DNA of 64,000 nt. Origin: Eledone cirrhosa. Lineage: Eukaryota. This document shows positions 56,050-64,000 of the stretch, one piece after another. The stretch is taken from the NCBI GenBank assembly GCA_964016885.1, contig OZ024748.1, positions 34,472,001 to 34,536,000 of the forward strand. Direction: 5' to 3'. Position numbers and translations under genes: made by a program. A model generated the notes under the pieces. That model saw only the letters and a program-made list of their open reading frames with translations, was not told the DNA's origin and searched no databases. How positions within the stretch are numbered: position 1 is the first letter of the stretch; every line of letters starts with the position of its first letter.

Positions 56050-56186
56050 TGATCCCAGTACTGGAGGGGGGTTACTTTATCGACACTGGGTTGAAATCGG
56101 TGAGATTTGAACTGAGAATGCATTGAGTCGGACCAGACATCAACGCATGTATTCCGGCAGTCTAACGACTCTGCTATCTCGCTGCC
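56050..56186 (-). mobile_element. Diverged SINE copy
   Basis: TACTTTATCGAC...GATTTGAACTGAG...CTAACGACTCTGC resembles the reverse complement of the 33409 family. Confidence 0.6.
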
Positions 56187-57358
56187 TGTCAGTAGAAAAT
56201 GTGTTGAAATAATGAAAGAGAACAATGACTGTTATGACGTGAAGTGAGATGAAATGTCTTGACACTAAATAAAAATATATAAATAATTAGACATCTTATC
56301 GGATATTAATAGCGGATATCCTAGAAAAAGAGATTAACGTTGATACTAAGGTTATAAAAAGACTAATTTATACAATGACATTTGAGTGAAAGTATGGAGA
56401 ACAATCAGATACGTTAGAGAGAAGGTAAATAAATTCTAATGTAAATTGTAAACGAACAACAAACAGCATACAAGATTCTTGCTAAGGAGAGGAAAGTAAT
56501 GGATAGATAGTGGAACTATCGATACAGATCGAAATTTGGAAGATCCAGGATAATGAATATAACAAACCATAAGAAAGTAAAATAGATACATTAGAAATAT
56601 AATAGAAATAGAGGATAAGTGTGTGTGTGTGTGAGGTGGACGGAGGGGGGCAATTCACAGAGAAATCAAAGAAAAATTAAAGTACACTATCAAATCAAAA
56701 AAATTAAAGTTTTTCTGTTGAAATAAAAATGAAAACAAAGTGTATAATAGAAGGAAATAGAAGTAAACATGGCTATTTCTTAGCAGGAAATTATACAATG
56801 ACTGTATTTAAGGAGACATAAGGAAGAAAACTGAACAACAAATGAAGCTTTTAAGATAAAAATCAGCATTTGGTTTAGCTGCATCTTTCTTACAAACACA
56901 CACACATAATAGGCATGTGTGTGTGTATCGGTGTGATCGAGTATACAAGTGGAAATAACATATTTCAGCTCATGTATGGAAATATTATAAACACACACAC
57001 ACTGGCTACTTACATACACACAAACACAGCTACACGCACGCACACACACTGGCTACTTTTTTTTCTATTTAGCTCAGTAAATCCTATCGTGAAATTTCAG
57101 TTAATAATAAGTGGCGTTTGCAGAAATTGTAATCTTAGAAAATAGAATTTGTTATTTTTCCCATTAGCAAACAAGAAAGTATTTGTGTCCAAAAATTATT
57201 CATAATAACTATAGTGGCAGATTATTTGAGCTATGTGTACGTTATATGTGTGTGAAGTGTGTATGTGTGTGTATATATAATTTGACCTCCCCATCGAGAC
57301 TTGAAAGTTGATTGTAGACTCAGTTCTCATGAAGACTTATTCAATAAGAACGCGGTGT

Positions 57359-57486
<128 letters not shown>

Positions 57487-57607
57487 TGTGATGAATTCCA
57501 AATTTACTACAAGACCTCCACATTTTTGGAAAGTCGATCATGGTTCTTAGCTGACACAAGAATGGGCTCTCAAAATATTGCCTTCATTTGTGTACCAGTC
57601 ACATACA

Positions 57608-57737
57608 GGAAGAAGAAGAAGAAGAAGAAGAAGAAGAAGAAGAAGAAGAAGAAGAAGAAGAAGAAGAAGAAGAAGAAGAAGAAGAAGAAGAAGAAGAAGA
57701 AGAAGAAGAAGAAGAAGAAGAAGAAGAAGAAGAAGAA
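57608..57737. repeat. Perfect (GAA)n, about 43 units
   Basis: Direct inspection. Confidence 0.97.
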
Positions 57738-58109
57738 CGTAGCTACATGTTTCCGATAGGGAACTTTTACCAAATGTACACCCTGATAAACTGTGTTATT
57801 ACAGTCAAAACTAACGTGTCACGTGACGTTCATAACTTCAAACAATAAACCTGGTTTACATGCTTTCAAGAAAGTGAACGCCCCAAACCTACTCCTAAAT
57901 TCTGACCAGAAGTTGGTCGGATTTTAAATATTTAACTGGTAATAATGTATAATAATTTGATTACTACTATTTTTCCTCAGACAGAAGGAAAAGTAAACTT
58001 GACCGAAAGGTGATTTCATCTGAGAAGTTAACGATACGTAACTAAATAACGCATGGCATTTTGTTTACTGTCATGTCACCAACATTCTTGTTAAGAGTGT
58101 TTCGTATAT

Positions 58110-61100
58110 AGTATATGACGTTGGTTGACACTGCTGCTGACGTCACCGGAGTATATGACGGTGGTTGACACTGCTGCTGACGTCACCACAGTATATGACG
58201 GTGGTTGACACTGCTGCTGACGTCACCACAGTATATGACGTTGGTTGACACTGCTGTAGACGTCACCAGAGTATATGACGTTGCTTGACACTGCTGCTGA
58301 CGTCATCAAAGTATATGACGGTGGTTGACACTGCTGCTGACATCACTACAGTATATGACGTTGGTTGACACTGCTGCTGACGACACCACAGTATATGACG
58401 GTGGACGACACTGATGCTGACGCCACCACAGTATATGACGGTGGCTGACACTGCTGCTGCCGTCACCACAGTATATGATGGTGGTTGACACTGCTGCTGA
58501 CGTCGTATACAGTATATGACGGTGGTTGACACTGCTGCTGACGTAACCACAGTATATGACGTTGGTTGACACTGCTGCTGGCGTCATATACAGTATATGA
58601 TGGTGGCTGACACTGATGCTGACGTCATATACAGTATATGACGTTGGTTGACACTGCTGCTGACGTCACCACAGTATATGACTGTGGTTGACACAGCTGC
58701 TGACGTCATCACAGTATATGACGGTGTTTGACACTGTTGCTGACGTTATATACAGTATATGACGGTGGTTGATACTGCAGCTGACGTCACCACAGTATAT
58801 GACGTTAGTTGACACTGCTGCTGACGTCACCACAGTATATTACGTTGGTTGAAACTGTTGCTGACGTCACCACAGTATATGACTGTGGTTGACACAGCTG
58901 CTGACGTCATCACAGTATATGACGGTGGTTGACACTGTTGCTGACGTCATATAAAGTATATGACGGTGGTTGATACTGCAGCTGACGTAACCACAGTATA
59001 TGACGTTAGTTGACACTGCTGCTGACGTCACCACAGTATATTACGTTGGTTGAAACTGTTGCTGACGTCACCACAGTATATGACTGTGGTTCACACTGCT
59101 GCTGACGTCTCCACAGTATATGACGGTGGTTGACACTGCTGCTGACGTCATATAAAGTATATGACGGTGGTTGACACTGTCTCTGACGTCACCACAGTAT
59201 ATAACTGTGGTTGACACTGCTGCTGACGTCATATACAGTATATGACGGTGGTTGACACTGCTGCTGACGTCACCACAGTATATGACGGTGGTTGACACTG
59301 CTGCTGACGTCACCACAGTATATGACCTTGGGTGACACTGCTGCTGACGTCATATACAGTATATGATGGTGGTTGACACTGCTGCTGACGTCATATACAG
59401 TATATGATGTTGGTTAACACTGCTGTTGACGTCATCACAGTATATGACGGTGGTTGACACTGCTGCTGACGTCATATACAGTATATGACGGTGGTTGATA
59501 CTGCTGCTGACGTCACCACAGTATATGACGTTAGTTGACACTGCTGCTGACGTCACCACAGTATATGACGTTGGTTGAAACTGCTGCTGACGTCACCACA
59601 GTATATGACCTTGGGTGACACTGCTGCTGACGTTATATACAGTATATGATGGTGGTTGACACTGCTGCTAACGTCATATACAGTATATGATGTTGGTTAA
59701 CACTGCTGCTGACGTCACCACAGTATATGACTGTGGTTGACACCGCTGCGGACGTCATCACAGTATATGACGGTGGTTGACACTGCTGCTGACGTCATAT
59801 ACAGTATATGACGGTGGTTGATACTGCTGCTGACGTCACCACAGTATATGACGTTAGTTGACACTGCTGCTGACGTCAACACAGTATATGACGTTGGTTG
59901 AAACTGCTGCTGACGTCACCACAGTATATGACTGTGGTTGACACTGCTGCTGACGACACCACAGTATATGACGGTGGACGACACTGATGCTGACGCCACC
60001 ACAGTATATGACGGTGGCTGACACTGCTGCTGCCGTCACCACAGTATATGATGGTGGTTGACACTGCTGCTGACGTCATATACAGTATATGACGGTGGTT
60101 GACACTGCTGCTGACGTAACCACAGTATATGACGTTGGTTGACACTGCTGCTGGCGTCATATACAGTATATGATGGTGGCTGACACTGATGCTGACGTCA
60201 TATACAGTATATGACGTTGGTTGACACTGCTGCTGACGTCACCACAGTATATGACTGTGGTTGACACAGCTGCTGACGTCATCACAGTATATGACGGTGT
60301 TTGACACTGTTGCTGACGTCATATACAGTATAAGACTGTGGTTGATACTGCAGCTGACGTCACCACAGTATATGACGTTAGTTGACACTGCTGCTGACGT
60401 CACCACAGTATATTACGTTGGTTGAAACTGTTGCTGACGTCACCACAGTATATGACTGTGGTTGACACAGCTGCTGACGTCATCACAGTATATGACGGCG
60501 GTTGACACTGTTGCTGACGTCATATAAAGTATATGACGGTGGTTGACACTGTCTCTGACGTCACCACAGTATATAACTGTGGTTGACACTGCTGCTGACG
60601 TCATATACAGTATATGACGGTGGTTGACACTGCTGCTGACGTCACCACAGTATATGACGGTGGTTGACACTGCTGCTGACGTCACCACAGTATATGACCT
60701 TGGGTGACACGGCTGCTGACGTCATATACAGTATATGATGGTGGTTGACACTGCTGCTGACGTCATATACAGTATATGATGTTGGTTAACACTGCTGCTG
60801 ACGTCACCACAGTATATGACTGTGGTTGACATCGCTGCTGACGTCATCACAGTATATGACGGTGGTTGAAACTGCTGCTGACGTCACCACAGTATATGAC
60901 GTTAGTTGACACTGCTGCTGACGTCACCACAGTATATGACGTTGGTTGAAACTGCTGCTGACGTCACCACAGTATATGACGGTGGTTGACACTGCTGCTG
61001 ACGTCATATAAAGTATATGACGGTGGTTGACACTGTCTCTGACGTCACCACAGTATATAACTGTGGTTGACACTGCTGCTGACGTCATATACAGTATATG

Positions 61101-62772
61101 ACGGTGGTTGACACTGCTGCTGACGTGACCAGAGTATATGACGCTGGTTGATACTGCTACTGACGTCACCACAGTATATGACGGTGGTTGACACTGCTGC
61201 TGACGTCACCACAGTATATGACCTTGGGTGACACGGCTGCTGACGTCATATACAGTATATGATGGTGGTTGACACTGCTGCTGACGTCATATACAGTATA
61301 TGATGTTGGTTAACACTGCTGCTGACGTCACCACAGTATATGACTGTGGTTGACATCGCTGCTGACGTCATCACAGTATATGACGGTGGTTGAAACTGCT
61401 GCTGACGTCACCACAGTATATGACGTTAGTTGACACTGCTGCTGACGTCACCACAGTATATGACGTTGGTTGAAACTGCTGCTGACGTCACCACAGTATA
61501 TGACGGTGGTTGACACTGCTGCTGACGTCATATAAAGTATATGACGGTGGTTGACACTGTCTCTGACGTCACCACAGTATATGACTGTGGTTGACACTGC
61601 TGCTGACGTCATATACAGTATATGACGGTGGTTGACACTGCTGCTGACGTGACCAGAGTATATGACGCTGGTTGATACTGCTGCTGACGTCACCACAGTA
61701 TATGACGGTGGTTGACACTGCTGCTGACGTCACCACAGTATATGACCTTGGGTGACACTGCTGCTGACGTCATATACAGTATATGATGGTGGTTGACACT
61801 GCTGCTAACGTCATATACAGTATATGATGTTGGTTAACACTGCTGCTGACGTCACCACAGTATATGACTGTGGTTGACACCGCTGCTGACGTCATATACA
61901 GTATATGATGGTGGTTGACACTACTGCTGACGTCATATACAGTATATGACGTTGGTTGACACAGCTGCTGACCTCAACACAGTATATGATTGTGGTTGAT
62001 ACTGCTGCTGACGTCCTACAGTATATGTCTGTGGTTGATACTGCTGCTGACGTCGCCACAGTATATGACGTTAGTTGACATTGCTGCTGACGTCACCAGA
62101 GTATATGACGTTGGTTGAAACTGCTGCTGACGTCACCACAGTATATGACTGTGGTTGACACTGCTGATGACGTCTCCACAGTATATGACGGTGGTTGACA
62201 CTGCTGCTGACGTCATATAAAGTATATAACGGTGGTTGACACTGTCTCTGACGTCACTACAGTATGTGACTGTGGTTGACACTGCTGCTGACGTCATATA
62301 CAGTATATGACGGTGGTTAACACTGCTGCTGACGTCACCACATTATATGATGCTGGTTGACACTGCTGCTGACGTCACCACAGTATATGACGGTGGTTGA
62401 CACTACTGCTGACGTCACCACAGTATATGACGGTGGTTGACACTGTTGCAGACGTCACCACAGTATATGACGTTAGTTGAAACGGCTGCTGACGTCATAT
62501 CAGTATATGATGGTGGTTGACACTGCTGCTGATGTCATATACAGTACATAACTTTGGTTGACACTACTGCTGACCTCACCACAGTATATGACTGTGGTTG
62601 ACACTGCTGCTGACGTCTCCACAGTATATGACGGTGGTTGACACTGCTGCTGACGTTATATACAGTATATGACTGTTGTTGACACTGCCTCTGACGTCAC
62701 CACAGTATATGACTGTGGTTGACACTGCTCCTTACGTCATATACAGTATATGACGGTGGTTGACACTGCTGA
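58110..62772. repeat. 40/41-bp satellite array (CAGTATATGACGGTGGTTGACACTGCTGCTGACGTCACCA), about 115 units
   Basis: Head-to-tail units with no spacers. Higher-order block duplications are visible. Confidence 0.97.
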
Positions 62773-63449
62773 TATCATCAACATCTAAAATCATCAGTAA
62801 AAGGGATTGATGACTGTAGTTTAGTTTGTTGTTGCTGTTGTTTTGTTATTTTAAGGGTTACCATGTGGTCACAATCTAATGGTTGGAGCTGAGAAATAAA
62901 CAGGGATAGAATATAATTTTTAAAAAACATACGCAATAAAGAGTCAACAAAATGGCCGAGACGAATATTTCGGTTTTCATAATAAATAAGCTATTGTGTT
63001 ATATCGAACGGCAGTGGCCATGCTTAATGCCAACGGACTGAAAGGGGATCACCATAAATCGTTTTTAACTGCATATCATATCTCTGATCCATTGCTGAAT
63101 TTACACTGAGATTAAAAACAATGTTCACAATATGTCTGTGTAAGCAGGAAACACACGTTTGTCTACCCACCGTTCCACACACTCCCTCTCTCTCTCTTTA
63201 TTACATTCAATGTCTATTTGCTTAAGGGTATAAACATGAAATTATTATACATATACAAAGAAATATATTGATATGAGTGTATATGGTATCTATTTATGTA
63301 CAATTGTAGAGGTTATGTATATGTTGAACATTTAATGATATTTTATACAAACATGAGAGATAGAGGGGGAGAGAGAGAAAGAGAGAGGGAGAGAGAAATA
63401 TATGGTGTAACACCCACCCACACAATTAACCAACGACACACACATACAT

Positions 63450-63495
<46 letters not shown>

Positions 63496-63635
63496 GCAAA
63501 ACACATATATATGTATAAATTACAATCGCTTATCTTCCATCATTGAACAATCCAATTAATGGTTGGTCACTGTTTGTTCTGCACCCCCACCCAACTCCAC
63601 ATTTCTACAACTAGACGTTCCACCGCCGCAATCCA

Positions 63636-63671
<36 letters not shown>

Positions 63672-63780
63672 TATATATACATTATATATAAATATATATA
63701 TAATATATTTATATATATATACATTATATATATATTATATATATATTATATATATATATATATATATAATGTGTATATAT

Positions 63781-63970
63781 ATAATTGTTTCAACTTTAGG
63801 CACAAGGCCAGCAATTACCCAGTACATTACTGGTACTTTATTTTATCGATCCCGTAAGGATGAAAGGCAAAGTTAACCTCGGCGAGATTTGAACTCAGAC
63901 TGTAAAGGGGCGTAACTATGTTAGAGAGCATGGCGTCCAACCCTCTACCGATACTGCCAATTCACCGCCA
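63781..63970 (-). mobile_element. Full-length SINE, same family as 33409
   Basis: Reverse-complement match including the A/B-box head. (TA)-rich flanks. Confidence 0.87.
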
Positions 63971-64000
63971 TGTATATATATAATGTATATATATAATATA

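Noticed and set aside
58110-62772. CRISPR array
   Set aside because: Units are head-to-tail with no unique spacers, there are no cas genes, and the context is eukaryotic.

Overview
Animal (metazoan) genomic DNA that is AT-rich, extremely microsatellite-rich and almost entirely repetitive. No host protein-coding gene, rRNA, true tRNA or CRISPR array can be supported. The repeat landscape ((TA)n/(CA)n fields, tRNA-headed SINEs, L1/Tx1 LINEs, Penelope-like elements) suggests a cephalopod (octopus-like) intron or intergenic region; this is inference only. Contents: (1) a stacked cluster of decayed L1/Tx1-type LINEs at 1-7950 and another copy at 28983-33408, nearly all joined at (AAT)n tracts; (2) three RT-less, 5'-truncated Penelope-like (Naiad-type) GIY-YIG endonuclease pseudogenes plus a short PLE RT fragment; (3) many SINE copies; (4) large minisatellites, including a 4.6 kb 40-bp array with a CRE palindrome in most units. 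The most striking signal is about 14 minimal type-I hammerhead ribozyme motifs from at least 5 sequence families. They sit in non-coding fold-back (inverted-repeat) elements of about 0.15-1.7 kb inserted in (TA)n tracts, often with two hammerheads facing outward. All folds were assigned by eye and none is tested.
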